DNA of 64,000 bases from Macrostomum lignano (lineage: Eukaryota): the NCBI GenBank assembly GCA_002269645.1, contig NIVC01001958.1:1-64000 (forward strand), in the 5' to 3' direction. The notes under the pieces were generated by a model. It had not been told where the DNA came from. It ran no database searches and saw only the letters and a program-made list of their open reading frames with translations. Below, in pieces: positions 48,591-61,034 of this stretch. The position numbers and the translations under genes were made by a program. Position 1 is the first letter of the stretch. Each line of letters begins with the position of its first letter.

Positions 48591-49479
48591 TATCCTATTC
48601 GTCTGTTCCCTCTCTGTTTCTCTCAGCAGTGAATGAATTGTTTTTGTTTTTCGCGCTGCTCTTCAACTGCTCTTTATTAAGCAAGGTGTCAAGCTGATGA
48701 CGCACTAAGACTCGCTTGCATTGCCACCGCGACCACCCACAGCATTTCGCCTGTGTGGGCGAGGGCGAGAGGGAGGCGCTGTAAAGTGACGCTTTATCTA
48801 TCGAGTTTTGCACTGCCTCTCCCACCAGCAGCCAACCGCTGGCCAGCGAATCCTCTTCCCGTCCCTCCCCCTGCACATGGGGACCGCCACGGGTGTTCCA
48901 AAATCGCATAGGACCTTCCCAACCGCTCCAGCCTGTTCAGACCGAAGTTGTCCCTCTCCAGAGATCCCCTCCACTGATCGGGAAACCTGCCTTCCCCACT
49001 GCGATTCCTGCTCTCTCTCTCTGTCTCTCCGCCAGGCAGGGGGAGGCTGCAACATCCCCTACCCTCTCCTTTGCCCTACTCGCCTCCGCCGAAATCTCTT
49101 CTAACCCCAGTGCGAACCACGACCCCTCAGTCAGTGTCCCCACAGGCCCCCTCTCCCCGCTCCTCTCTCTCTCTCAGTGAAAATAAATATTTATTTGTGA
49201 GCCACCTCTACGCTCGCCCTAGCTCCCCTCTCTCTACTTTTCTCCTTTCAAATTCAATCCTCCTCTGGTTTTCTTCCCCAGATCGATCCCGCCACAGCCT
49301 TGGAAACCCCAGGCTCTCCTCTCTCTCACTCACTGCTCCCTTCATTTCTCTCCCCGCTGCCGCCTCTCCACCAGCCGACGGCAGAGCAAACTACGCTCAC
49401 ATTGTTCCAATAAAATTAACCAGTTTGATATTTTCCTTTGTTACTTTAGTCGGCTGAGATTCTCCATCATCCCCGCGTG

Positions 49480-52400
49480 ATGAAGCCGCTGTTGCTGTGT
49501 CTGACGCTGCTGCCCACCCTGGCGGCTCCTTCGGGGAGTTCCTACTTTGCCGAGCTGCCGGAGCACTACAGGCGCCGATTCGAGTCCGGGGACAAGTTCT
49601 CCACAGTAGTGGCATTCGTCCGGGAGGCCGTCAGCAACGCCAGCAGCAGCGGCGGCGGCGCCAGGCGCTGTCTGGGCACGCAGAACCGCAGCCGGTTCCC
49701 GCTGACAGCCTTCAGCAAGGAAGAGTCGGAGTGGCAGCGGCCGGTGCACTACCGCGGATTTGACCGCTCGGTGCGGTCAGTTCTGAGCATAGCCAACCTG
49801 TTCAACTACATCTACCAGCTGGCCAACCGGCCGTTCGAGGCCTGGTTCCGGGTGATCAACGAGGCGGATGGCTACAACGCGCTCTGGTACAGCGTGGCCA
49901 GCTCCATTGTGGCCAGCGACTCGAGGGTCTTTGGCTGCTACGTGGTGCTGCTGAATGGCAGTTCGGTGCTAGAAACTGTACCGCACGCCTTCCGGCATGC
50001 CAATAGCAGTGTGCTGATTGAGAACTATGCTCAAAGGGTGAGGGGCGACGTGGGCGGAGTGTAATACAGGCACAGTGTAATATAGGGATATATTGTAATA
50101 TAGAGATTCGCGATCCCCCGAGATTCACGATCCCCGAGATTCACGATCCCCTCTAGATTCGCGATCCCCCGAGATTCACGATCCCCTCTAGATTCGCGAT
50201 CCCCCGAGATTCACGATCCCCGAGATTCACGATCCCCGAGATTCACGATCCCCGAGATTCACGATCCTCCGAGATTCACGATCCCCCGAGATTCACGATC
50301 CCCGAGATTCACGATCCCCTCTAGATTCACGATCCCCATAGATTCACACCCCCGCCCTCTAGATTCACGAATAATACAGGCGACAGTGTAACCTGAGCCA
50401 CCTGACTCTCACCAGGTGTCCATAGCGGGCCCGCCGCGCCCCGACCTGCTGGAGCCCGGGTTCGAATGGCTGGGGCGGCAGCAGAGCCATCAAATTGCCC
50501 AGCGGGTTGCCAGCCGTCCGAGCCAGCGGATGAGGATGAAGGACCAGACATACCTGCAGCCGTTTACTTCCGGCCTGCTGCGGCTGCTGGACACCCGCGG
50601 CGAGGACGGCGGCTTGGGCGGTCAGGTGAAGGTGGTGACAGAGGCCGAGGGCTTCTGGAACCCGCCCGTGTTTGTGTGCCGTCTGGGCCGCTGGCTGTTC
50701 TCCTACGCTGTGCCCTTCCTCAGCGGCCAGCCCCGCTCGCTGGCTGTGAAGTGAGTCACCTCGGGTACACTTTCCGTTCACATGGTTAAATGTCCCGAGA
50801 TTCACAATCCCCCGGGATTCACGATCCCCCGGGATTCACGATCCCTCGAGATTCACGATCCCCACCCGAGATTCACGATCTCCACTCGAGATTCACGATC
50901 CCCACCCGAGATTCACGATCCCCGAGATTCACTATTCTCTAGATTCACGATCCCCACCCGAGATTCACGATCCCCCCGAGATTTACGATTCCCCGAGATT
51001 CACTATTCTCTAGATTCACGATCTCCACTCGAGATTCACGATCCCCACCCGAGATTCACGATCCCCGAGATTCACTATTCTCTAGATTCACGATCCCCAC
51101 CGGAGATTCATGATCCCCCGAGATTCACTATTCTCTAGATTCACGATCTCACGAGATTCACGATCCCCCGAGATTCACTATTCTCTAGATTCACGATCTC
51201 CACCCGAGATTCACGATCCCCGAGATTCACTATTCTCTAGATTCACGATCTCCACCCGAGATTCATGATCCCCCGAGATTCACTATTCTCTAGATTCACG
51301 ATCTCCACCGAGATTCACGATCCCCACCCGAGATTCACGATCCCCGAGATTCACTATTCCCTAGATTCACGATCCCCACCCGAGATTCATGATCCCCCGA
51401 GATTCACTATTCTCTAGATTCACGATCTCACGAGATTCACGATCCCCACCCGAGATTCACGATCCCCACCCGAGATTCACGATCCCCGAGATTCACGATC
51501 CCCCGAGATTCACGACCCCCGAGATTTACGATTCCCCGAGATTCACCATTCTCTAGATTCACGATCCCCAAAATTCAGCATTCCTAAACTTTGCAATCTC
51601 CAAAGCCACTTTGGCCCCTCTCCAAGTCGGCATGCGACATAGCGGCAAAGATCAAGGCAAAATTTTATCCAATGCCAATCATATAACTGCGCCTGGTCGA
51701 ATTCTCCCACTTCTCAAAGTTTTCTTCTCCCTCTCTCTCTCTCCCGGTTGAACTCCCCAGCGTGCTTACCCAGATAAAAGAAGTCTTCAAACCGCAGAAA
51801 TTCCCAACAGCACCCACCAGCTGGCGCTGAGATAAGACGCCTGCGCGCACACAAAGACGATCAGGGACCCCCCTTTGAAGGCTTCCAGTGCACGTGATTT
51901 GGCACAGGGCGGCTCTGATTATCAATCAGACAGGCTGGCCGCCACTGGCTGCCAAATCAATGCGCATTGATTGAACGCTTCTGTGTTTGCACTGCTCTCT
52001 GGGCTGCTCTCTGCGCTCTTTATCTGATCATTCTCACCATAGGCATCGACCTGATTCTAATGGCTTGTGACGGCCGCTGCACGCTTCATGGCAGGGTGTT
52101 GAGATGCCCGTGCGTCTGCTCCCTGCAACTCTTCATAATATTCCTCCCTTCTCTCCCTCTCTACTCTCCCCCTTCTCTCCCTCTCTACTCTCCCTCTCTA
52201 CTCCCTCCGTTCTCCCCCTTCGCTCCCTATCTACTCTCCCTATCTAATCTCCTTCTCTACTTTCCCTCTCTTCTCTCCCTCTCTACTCTCCCCCTTCTCT
52301 CTCTCTCTACTCTCCCTCTCTACTCTCCCTCTCCACTCTCCCTCTCTACTCTCCCTCTCTACTCTCCCTATCTACTCTCCCTATCTACTCTCCCTCTCTA

Positions 52401-55400
52401 CTCTCCCTATCTACTCTCCCTATCTACTCTCCCTATCTACTCTCCCTCTCTACTCTCCTTCTCTACTTTCCCTCTCTTCTCTCCCTCTCTACTCCCCCTC
52501 TCTTCTCTCTTCATCTACTCTCCTTCGATTCTCTCTTCTCCCTCTCTCCTCACCGTTTATATCTCTGTTTGCTTTGCACTATATTTAAAAAATGTAAGAT
52601 CTCAAACACTACCGCCCATTGCAGAGGCTGGATAGTGCTGGAGTTCGACATCAACGAGCTCGAGGTGAACCAGTGCCTCAATGACAGCACATTCGGCTCA
52701 TTCTACGCTAACGATGTGTGCAACCAGGCAACTACCGAGGTATCCAGGGTCGGGAGTAGCTGACTCAGTTTCCCTATAGGAATTTTGCCAGCCATCATCT
52801 CACAGGCATCCTGTCTGCTGTCGCGGCTTGGTCAGGCCGCAATTTCAAATCCCATGACAATAATCCCCTGCAAAGGAAAAGGCTTCCCGAAGAATCCAGT
52901 TCCCTGTGATTATTAACGCGCTTCAGCGTCCTGACCGCACCTCATTCTCTGTGGTGTACTTTTACACTAAACCCGTCATCCTGCATTCCCGAAGACTCCC
53001 ATACTATCCCCATCAGATAGTCTCAACCCCCATCAGATAGTTTCACCTCCCATCAGATAGTCTCACCTTCCCATCAGATAGTCTCACCTTCCCATCAGAT
53101 AGTCTCACCCTCATCAGAAAGTCTCACCCCATCAGATAGTCTAGTCTCACCCCATCAGATAGTCTAGTCTCAACCCATCAGATAGTCTAGTCTCACCCCA
53201 TCAGATAGTCTAGTCTCAACCCATCAGATAGTCTAGTCTCACCCCATCAGATAGTCTAGTCTCACCCCTTCAGATAGTCTAGTCTCACCCCATCAGATAG
53301 TCTCACCTCCCCCACCCCTCCCCCAGTGCTCGCACATTCCAGGCATGGGTTTCACCGACCAGAACTTCATGTGCAAGTGCAGGAAGTACTTTCACCATGG
53401 CAATTTCACGGGAGAGCAAGTGAGGCAGCAGTACCTGCTGCACCTGAATGGCCGGCCATCAAACTATTCGGGGATGGAGTGTGGCCCCTGCCCGGCCGCC
53501 TGTCCGGACTCCTGCGCCACAGATGGCCGGTGTCTCATCAAGTACGACTTGGACAAGCTGAGGGCGGTGCCGCTGATCGTCCAGACCTTCTTCATGACCA
53601 TCTGCCTGCTGACCGCGGGGATTGTGTTCAGGGCCAGGAAGAACCGGGTGAGAGATGACAGCGTGTACGCAATCTCCAGCCTGAGTGACCAACTCGCTAG
53701 CCTGAGTGACCAACTCGCTAGCCTGAGTGACCAACTCGCTAGCCTGAGTGACCAACTCGCTAGCCTGAGTGACCAACTCGCTAGCCTGAGTGACCAACTC
53801 GCTAGCCTGAGTGACCAACTCGCTAGCCTGAGTGACCAACTCGCTAGCCTGAGTGACCAACTCGCTAGCCTGAGTGACCAACTCGCTAGCCTGAGTGACC
53901 AACTCGCTAGCATGAGTGACCAACTCGCTAGCCTGAGTGACCAACTCGCTAGCCTGAGTGACCAACTCGCTAGCCTGAGTGACCAACTCGCTAGCCTGAG
54001 TGACCAACTCGCTAGCATGAGTGACCAACTCGCTAGCCTGAGTGACCAACTCGCTAGCCTGAGTGACCAACTCAGTCTCTAGTCTGTGTGACCAACTCAA
54101 TCTCTAGCCTGTGTGACCAACTCAGTCTCTAGCCTGTGTGACCAACTCAGTCTCTAGCCTGTGTGACCAACTCAATCTCTAGCCTGTGTGACCAACTCGC
54201 TAGCCTGTGTGACCAACTCGCTAGCCTGAGTGACCAACTCGCTAGCATGTGTGACTAACTCAGCGTCTAACATCTGTGATCAACTCAGTATCTAAAATCT
54301 GTGACCAGCTCTCTCATTTTTGTGACCAACTCACTAGGCTGTGTGACCAACAGCCTGGTCTGTATGACCAAGTCATCACTAGTCTTTGTGTGACCTCCCT
54401 AGTCTATGACGTAAAATTTAGCGAATTTAGCCATAGATGCTATAAAGTCAATCACTCATTGAGTTCTGGAACTGTCAAATTTCAGGTGATAAAAGCTGCC
54501 GTGTGGATTCTGCTGGAGCTGTTCTTGCTGGGCGTGGCCATGCTGTATGCAACCGTGTTCCTGATGTACCTGCAGCCCAGCTACGAAATCTGCTTTATGA
54601 TACCGTGGTTTAGAGAGATTGGCTTTGCCGTTACCTACGGCACTTTGGTTGTGAAGATTTATCGGTAAGTCTATAGACACAGGTTGTGTCAGTCTATAGA
54701 CACAGGTTGTGTCAGTCTATAGACACCGATCATGTCACTATAGACACCGCTCATGTCACTCTATAGACACCGCTCATGCTATAGACACAGGTCGTATCAC
54801 TCTATAGACAGGTAGGTTGTGTCACTCTATAGACACCGCTCATGTCACTCTATAGACACCGCTCATGTCACTCATAGACACCGCTCATGTCACTCTATAG
54901 ACACCGCTCATGCTATAGACACAGGTCGTATCACTCTATAGACAGGTAGGTTGTGTCACTCTATAGACACCGCTCACGTCACACTCTATAGACACCGCTC
55001 ATGTCACTCTATAGACACCGCTCATGTCACTCTATAGACACCGCTCATGTCACTCTATAGACACCGCTCATGTCACTCTATAGACACCGCTCATGTCACT
55101 CTATAGACACCGCTCATGTCACTCTATAGACAACGCTCATGTCACTCTATAGACACCGCTCATGTCACTCTATAGACAACGCTCATGTCACTCTATAGAC
55201 ACCGCTCATGTCACTCTATAGACACCGCTCATGTCACTCTATAGACACAGCTCACGTGTCACTCTATAGACACGGGTCGTGTCACGCTGCAGACACAGGC
55301 CATCTACCGCTCACCGCACTGCTTCCAACAGTCAACCCGCGCCCCCGTTGCAGCATTCTGTGCAGCTTTCAGTCTCGCAAGGCCCACCGAGTCCACGTCC

Positions 55401-58400
55401 GAGATCGCGACCTGTTGAAGTACCTGGGCGGCATCGTCACGGTGGCCACCGGCTTCATGGCGGCCTGGACTGCGGCCACACTTGACCACGGCCGGCGGCT
55501 GTCCGGACAGACCGGCTGCGGACAGTTGGCCCTCACCGGACAGCTGCTGCTGGAGGACGGCCGGATTGACAGCGACAGCGACTTGAGCTTCCGGGTGTGC
55601 GCCATCGGCTACTGGGAGGCCGTCTGCGCTGCCGGTAGGTGCGGGCTCCGGATTCGGGACTTGGGATTCGGGACTTGGGATTCGGGACTTGGGATTCGGG
55701 ACTTGGGATTCGGGACTTGGGATTCGGGACTTGGGATTCGGGACTTGGATTCGGGACTTGGGATTCGGGACTTGGGATTCGGGACTTGGGATTCGGGACT
55801 TGGGATTCGGGACTTGGGATTCGGGACTTGGGATTCGGGACTTGGGATTCGGGACTTGGGATTCGGGACTTGGGATTCGGGACTTGGGATTCGGGACTTG
55901 GGATTCGGGACTTGGGATTCGGTATTTGGGATTCGGGACTTGGGATTCAGGACTTGGGATTCGGGACTTGGAATTTGGGTCTTGGGATTCGGGACTGGAA
56001 GCCGATTCATAATTTCGATTTAGGAATTTCAAATTTGGGAATTTCAAAATTGGGACTCCCTGTATAGATTTTCATACTTTGATATCCGAGATCGCCCTCT
56101 CCTTTGGCCTCAGGCGAGTTGGTCTTCCTGGCGTTCGGCCTGTTTTATTGCTACTGCGTGCGCTCGGCGCCGTCCGACTGCGCCGAGGTTCGCTGCATCA
56201 CCGCCGCCCTGGCGCTGGAGCTCTGCGTGTCCTTGGCCTACCATGTGGCCAGGTGCGTCCGGGCGGCTGCCGCTGTTTGCACGGATCATGTGGCTTGCGT
56301 GTTATTGTGTCTTTGCGGGCTTTAATTGTGTCTTTGATGGCGCCGAAATGTGTCTCTGAGAGGTTTTATCGTGTCTTTGATGGCGCCGAAATGTGTCTCT
56401 GAGAGGTTTTATCGTGTCTTTGATGGCGCCGAAATGTGTCGCTTAGAGGTTTTATCGTGTCTTATTTTTTTATTAGAGGCAGGGGGGTTGTGTGCACCCT
56501 GGCGCACTTTAAGCGACATAGGCACACAACCGGCGAGAGGCATTAACTGCCCATTCCGCCGACTCCCCTGAGCAGGCACACAAGCGCGCGGATACGTTAC
56601 GCAGGCACACACTCACACAGTAGTGTACAGCGGCCCTAACTTTATATTATCGTTAGGCATGTACACTTCACTGCGCCTTGGGGGGTTGGCTCTCAAGGCC
56701 GTTAATTGCACAAGCGAGCCAAGCCGAAATTCCAATTCAGCCCCAAATTAATGCGACTGCACTTGGAATCGAGCCTGGGTCGCTGGCACACCAGAGCCTG
56801 CGCTACCGCTGGGCTACGGCCCCCCTTTATCGTGTCTTTGATGGCGATGGAAACTTATAAAATGAAGGAAAGTGACTGGCGGTAATCCGAGCAAAAACCC
56901 GATTCTGTTTCGCAACAGGCACTTTGTACAGACCAGTCTGCACCCTGACTACGTCTACCTGATGTACTTTGGCCGCTGCCACGCCACTGTCACTGTCACG
57001 GCTGCTCTGGTCCTGGGGCCGCGGGTGAGTGCGATTGAACTGGTGGACAAAAATTGCTTCATAAAGTTATGAAATGTTAGGGAATTTAGTGAGTAATTGC
57101 CGGAGAATCAATGACCCACTTTTAGAGAATCAGTTAATTTACTCTAGAGAAATCATTGATACGAGTTACGCTCCTAAAAAAGAAATGACTCAATTTCCAT
57201 TGGAAATCAGTGGCTTAATTCTAAGAAATCAGTGACTCAGTTTCAAGAAATCAGTATCTTGCTTCGGAAAAATTAGTGACAATTTTAAGAATTCAATGAA
57301 TTGATTCTGAGAAATCAGTGAGTTGATTATAAGAAATCAGTAAGCTGATTTTAAGAAACCAGTAAACTTATTCTATGAAATCAGTGGGTTGATTTTAAGA
57401 AACCAGTGAGCTGATTTTAGCAAATCAGTAAATTTATTCTAAGAAATCAATGACACAATTTCAAGGAACCCGAGACCCAGTTTAATTCAAGCCTGACCAG
57501 TAATTTCCACCTTCCACCTCTCGACTGTTCCAGCTGTGGTACGTGCACAGCCCGCCAAGGAGCTCCGTGAACAGTCGCAGCCTGATGTACTCGCAGGTGG
57601 ACGCCAACCTGGGCGAGGCAATGAACCCAATGGCCATCGCGTCTAACGGGGATGTTGAAGTTCTGGAAACCAACATCAGCGACATGAATCCCGAGGATAT
57701 TCGGGTGAGAACCGTTCTGAACTGTTTAAAAATATTTTCAAGGGTCCAAAACATAGTTAGCTGAGTCCAACCTCACTCCCACCTGAATCATGCTTGAATC
57801 ATGCCTAAATCGTTAATAAATCATTCTGAACCAATACCTGAATCATTCTGAACCAATACCTGAACCATTCTGAACCAATACCTGAACCATTCTGAACCAA
57901 TACCTGAACCATTCTGAACCAATACCTGAATCATTCTGAACCAATACCTGAACCATTCTGAACCAATGCCTGAACCATTCTGAACCAATACCTGAATCAC
58001 TCTGAACCAATACCTGAACCATTCTGAACCAATACCTGAATCATTCTGAACCAATACCTGAATCACTCTGAACCAATACCTGAACCATTCTGAACCAATA
58101 CCTGAACCATTCTGAACCAATGCCTGAACCATTCTGAACCAATACCTGAACCATTCTGAACCAATACCTGAACCATTCTGAACCAATACCTGAACCATTC
58201 TGAACCAATGCCTGAACCATTCTGAACCAATACCTGAACCATTCTGAACCAATGCCTGAACCATTCTGAACCAATGCCTGAATCATTCTGAACCAATACC
58301 TGAACCATTCTGAACCAATACCTGAACCATTCTGAACCAATACCTGAATCATTCTGAACCAATACCTGAATCATTCTGAACCAATACCTGAACCATTCTG

Positions 58401-58946
58401 AACCAATACCAGTATCATTCTGAACCAATACCTGAATCATTCTGAACCAATACCTGAACCATTCTGAACCAATACCAGTATCATTCTGAACCAATACCTG
58501 AACCATTCTGAACCAGTATTAGAATCATTCTGAACCAATACCTGAATCATTCTGAACCAATACCTGAATCATTCTGAACCAATACCTGAATCATTCTGAA
58601 CCAATACCTGAATCATTCCGAACCAATACCTGAATCACTCTGAACCAATACCTGAATCATTCTGAACCAGTATTTGAATCATTCTGAACCAATACCTGAA
58701 TCATTCTGAACCAATACCTGAATCATTCTGAACCAATACCTGAATCATTCTGAACCAATACCTGAATCATTCTGAACCAATACCTGAACCATTCTGAACC
58801 ATTCTAATCCCATGGAATTCCCCTGACAGGCGGAGCTGAAGCGGCTGTACACCCAGCTGGAGATTCTGAAGACCAAGGTGATGCGCCGGGAGAACCCGCA
58901 CATCAGCAAGCGGAAAGGCGGCAGAAAGCAGACTCACAGGCGGTGA
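49480..58946 (+). CDS. GPR158: GPR158/GPR179 (smog-like) family Cache-domain 7TM receptor; exons 49480-50037, 50416-50750, 52625-52739, 53327-53647, 54486-54664, 55354-55634, 56114-56252, 56919-57024, 57534-57704, 58830-58946 (773 aa if TGA 58944 is used; may splice onward at 58943)
   Basis: Signal peptide; Cache motifs FWNPPVFVC..WLFSYAVPF and FDINELEVNQC; EGF-like Cys region; ILLELFLLG..PWFREIGFAVTYGTLVVKIYRIL..FQSRKAHRV; DMNPEDIRAELKRLYTQLEILK..NPHISKR; all junctions GT-AG and in frame. Confidence 0.9.
50085..50371. repeat. 16-17 bp GAGATTCACGATCCCC array in GPR intron 1
   Basis: Tandem units; flanked by a 19-bp direct repeat. Confidence 0.92.
50790..51575. repeat. Same GAGATTCACGATCCCC family array in GPR intron 2
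   Basis: Composite units with CACTATTCTCTA variants. Confidence 0.92.
52140..52550. repeat. C/T-rich low-complexity tract (CTCTACTCTCC)n
   Basis: Direct inspection. Confidence 0.9.
53008..53310. repeat. 19-24 bp minisatellite (CCCCATCAGATAGTCTAGTCTCA) in GPR intron 3
   Basis: Ends about 18 nt before the exon 4 acceptor. Confidence 0.92.
53678..54300. repeat. 21-bp minisatellite (AGCCTGAGTGACCAACTCGCT) in GPR intron 4
   Basis: 19 near-perfect units, then degenerate units. Confidence 0.96.
54670..55285. repeat. 23-bp minisatellite (CTATAGACACCGCTCATGTCACT) in GPR intron 5
   Basis: Starts at the donor site. Confidence 0.95.
55651..55995. repeat. 14-bp G-run minisatellite (GGGACTTGGGATTC) in GPR intron 6
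   Basis: About 24 units. Confidence 0.96.
56320..56463. repeat. 43-bp repeat (GAGAGGTTTTATCGTGTCTTTGATGGCGCCGAAATGTGTCTCT), about 3 units, interrupted by SINE copy D
   Basis: The unit resumes after 56825. Confidence 0.85.
56464..56825 (-). mobile_element. tRNA-derived SINE, copy D
   Basis: Full length; TTTATCGTGTCTT (13 bp) on both flanks. Confidence 0.9.
57090..57465. repeat. Old degenerate repeat (TTCTAAGAAATCAGTGAGTTGA-like) in GPR intron 8
   Basis: Recurring AGAAATCAGT cores. Confidence 0.7.
57820..58805. repeat. 22-bp minisatellite (TTCTGAACCAATACCTGAACCA) in GPR intron 9
   Basis: About 44 units. Confidence 0.96.
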
Positions 58947-59144
58947 GGACTTTGCGGGTTTTTTCCATTTTCTTATAGATTTGTTAGAAAGATTTTTAAT
59001 AGATATTTTACTTTGCATTGCCACATCACCCCCGTTAGTGTTTGAGTAGCGCTAGAAAAATGACCACAACTACCTTAGTGGCGCTTCACGTGCCTGTGTG
59101 CTCGTCTTATTTCTCATAGCTTGGCCACTGGATAAGGGAGTGAA

Positions 59145-59480
59145 AGAGTGTTCACAGGTGTGGTGTTTACAGGTGAGGTGTTCACAGGTGAGTTGTTCAC
59201 AGATGATGTAGTCACAAGTGAGGTGGTCACAGATGATGTAGTCACAAGTGAGGTGGTCACAGATGATGTAGTCACAAGTGAGGTGGTCACAGATGATGTA
59301 GTCACAAGTGAGGTGGTTACAGGTGAGGTGGTCACAGGTGAGGTGGTCACTGAGGTGGTCACAGGTGAGGTCTCAGGTGAGGTGGTCACAGGTGAGGTGT
59401 GAGGTGAGGTGTTCACAGGTGAGGTGGTCACAGGTGAGAGGTGAGGTGAGGTGGCACAGGTGAGGAGGGTACCAGGTAGA
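59145..59480. repeat. 15/30-bp repeat (CACAGGTGAGGTGGT) downstream of GPR exon 10
   Basis: Degenerate tandem units. Confidence 0.88.
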
Positions 59481-60204
59481 GGTCGCAGGTAAGGCAGTAA
59501 AAAGCTAAATGAGCTGTCGTTCTTTAACTTCCAGTTTGCACTGCTTAGTTAATTAGCTAGTGAAATGACGCCGCTAGTAATTTAGCTAATTTATTAGACA
59601 GAGTTCCTGAGGGGCCACAGCAGTCGCATGTACAATTTACATGCCTACCTGTCCTACTCGCAGAATGAAGATAATCCATACAATTGGCGCGCACCTTAAG
59701 TACTGAAGTAGATCACAATCAATTTTCATAACGGAAAAAGCAGAAAAAGTGTCAGTGTCAGGAAAAATTCGTTGAAAAGTACAGACTTTACCCTGGTATC
59801 TGCGTCTCCGGGTGGGATGACTTGACTCAGGCAAACACGGGGCCGGAATGTCATGACGCTGCTTCTTCCTGTCCTCTGCCTCCTCGAATGATTAATGACA
59901 CGTGTTTTATTAGAGTCTGTGCTCACCGGGTACAGGCTGGTTCCGTCTGATAATAATTATCTAGCAGGGCCGCCTCTGGGGAAACTGCAGCTCAGCTCAT
60001 GGTCTCTAGACTCATATCGATCGTCTTCATTCGCTTATCTCGGCAGCGAATTCCGTCTTTGACAGTGACTACTCCAAAAGCTCGATTGAAGCCGTGACTT
60101 CCTGGCCTGGTATCGGCCGATAAAGGCTGATAAAAAAGTCTGCCAGAAGTCTGTCAAAATGAAACGATGCGCACTTCTTCATAGTTTCATCTATCAATAG
60201 TGCA

Positions 60205-60390
60205 TCTCAGATCATAGATCCCAGATCATAGATCCCAGATCATAGATCCCAGATCATAGATCCCAGATCATAGATCCCAGATCATAGATCCCAGATCATA
60301 GATCCCAGATCATAGATCCCAGATCATAGATCCCAGATCATAGATCCCAGATCATAGATCACAGATCATAGATCCCAGCTCATAGATTTG
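60205..60390. repeat. 14-bp repeat (GATCATAGATCCCA)
   Basis: About 13 units. Confidence 0.95.
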
Positions 60391-61034
60391 GCCAGACGCA
60401 ACATCTGTAGTACAAAGCGCATTCTTGCAGTCATGGCAAAGAAGAAAGCTTCGACTGGACCTCAACCCATGCAAAGTGCACTCGCGTCATAAATAATTAC
60501 TCAAAACAAGGCGGCGCGCAAAGTCTAAGCGGATTAGGAGATTATGTCCTTCTTAATTAACGCCCGCCTACTCGAAGAAGCCAACAACTGGTTGCTCGGA
60601 GGCTGCCGCCCATAATTCGCTTTAGTGGCAGAGGAGAACTAAGGAAATAAAAATAGCACACTGGGAGAGACGGGAGACCAGAACGGCATGAAGAGAGAGA
60701 GAGAAGATCTGTTAAAAAGGCCACTACCCAATAGGTTTAAAATCGAGTAAATAAGTTGCTTAAAGCAGTTCCTATTGCTGCTACAGTCTTAATTCATTTG
60801 CTTGTCAAACGCTCTGCTTCATACACGCCTTAAAAATAATTCGTTCGTACGAGCTATATTATATTGAAAAACAGATGAAACTCCTCCTCAACTCACGCTG
60901 TTACATGCGGCACAGAAGTTAACCCATGCTCATTGCTAAGTCAATAATGTGTGAAGGAAGCACTGTCAGTCGGCGTGACATCAGGGGCATAGCCGGAATC
61001 TTTCATTTTGGGGAGACGCCAGTTACTTTGAGGG

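Noticed and set aside
55651-55995. NF-kB site array (GGGACTT)
   Set aside because: Lacks the 3' YYCC half of the kB consensus
57821-58506. NGSGIGSEWFRYWFR repeat ORFs
   Set aside because: Antisense translation of a 22-bp intronic array
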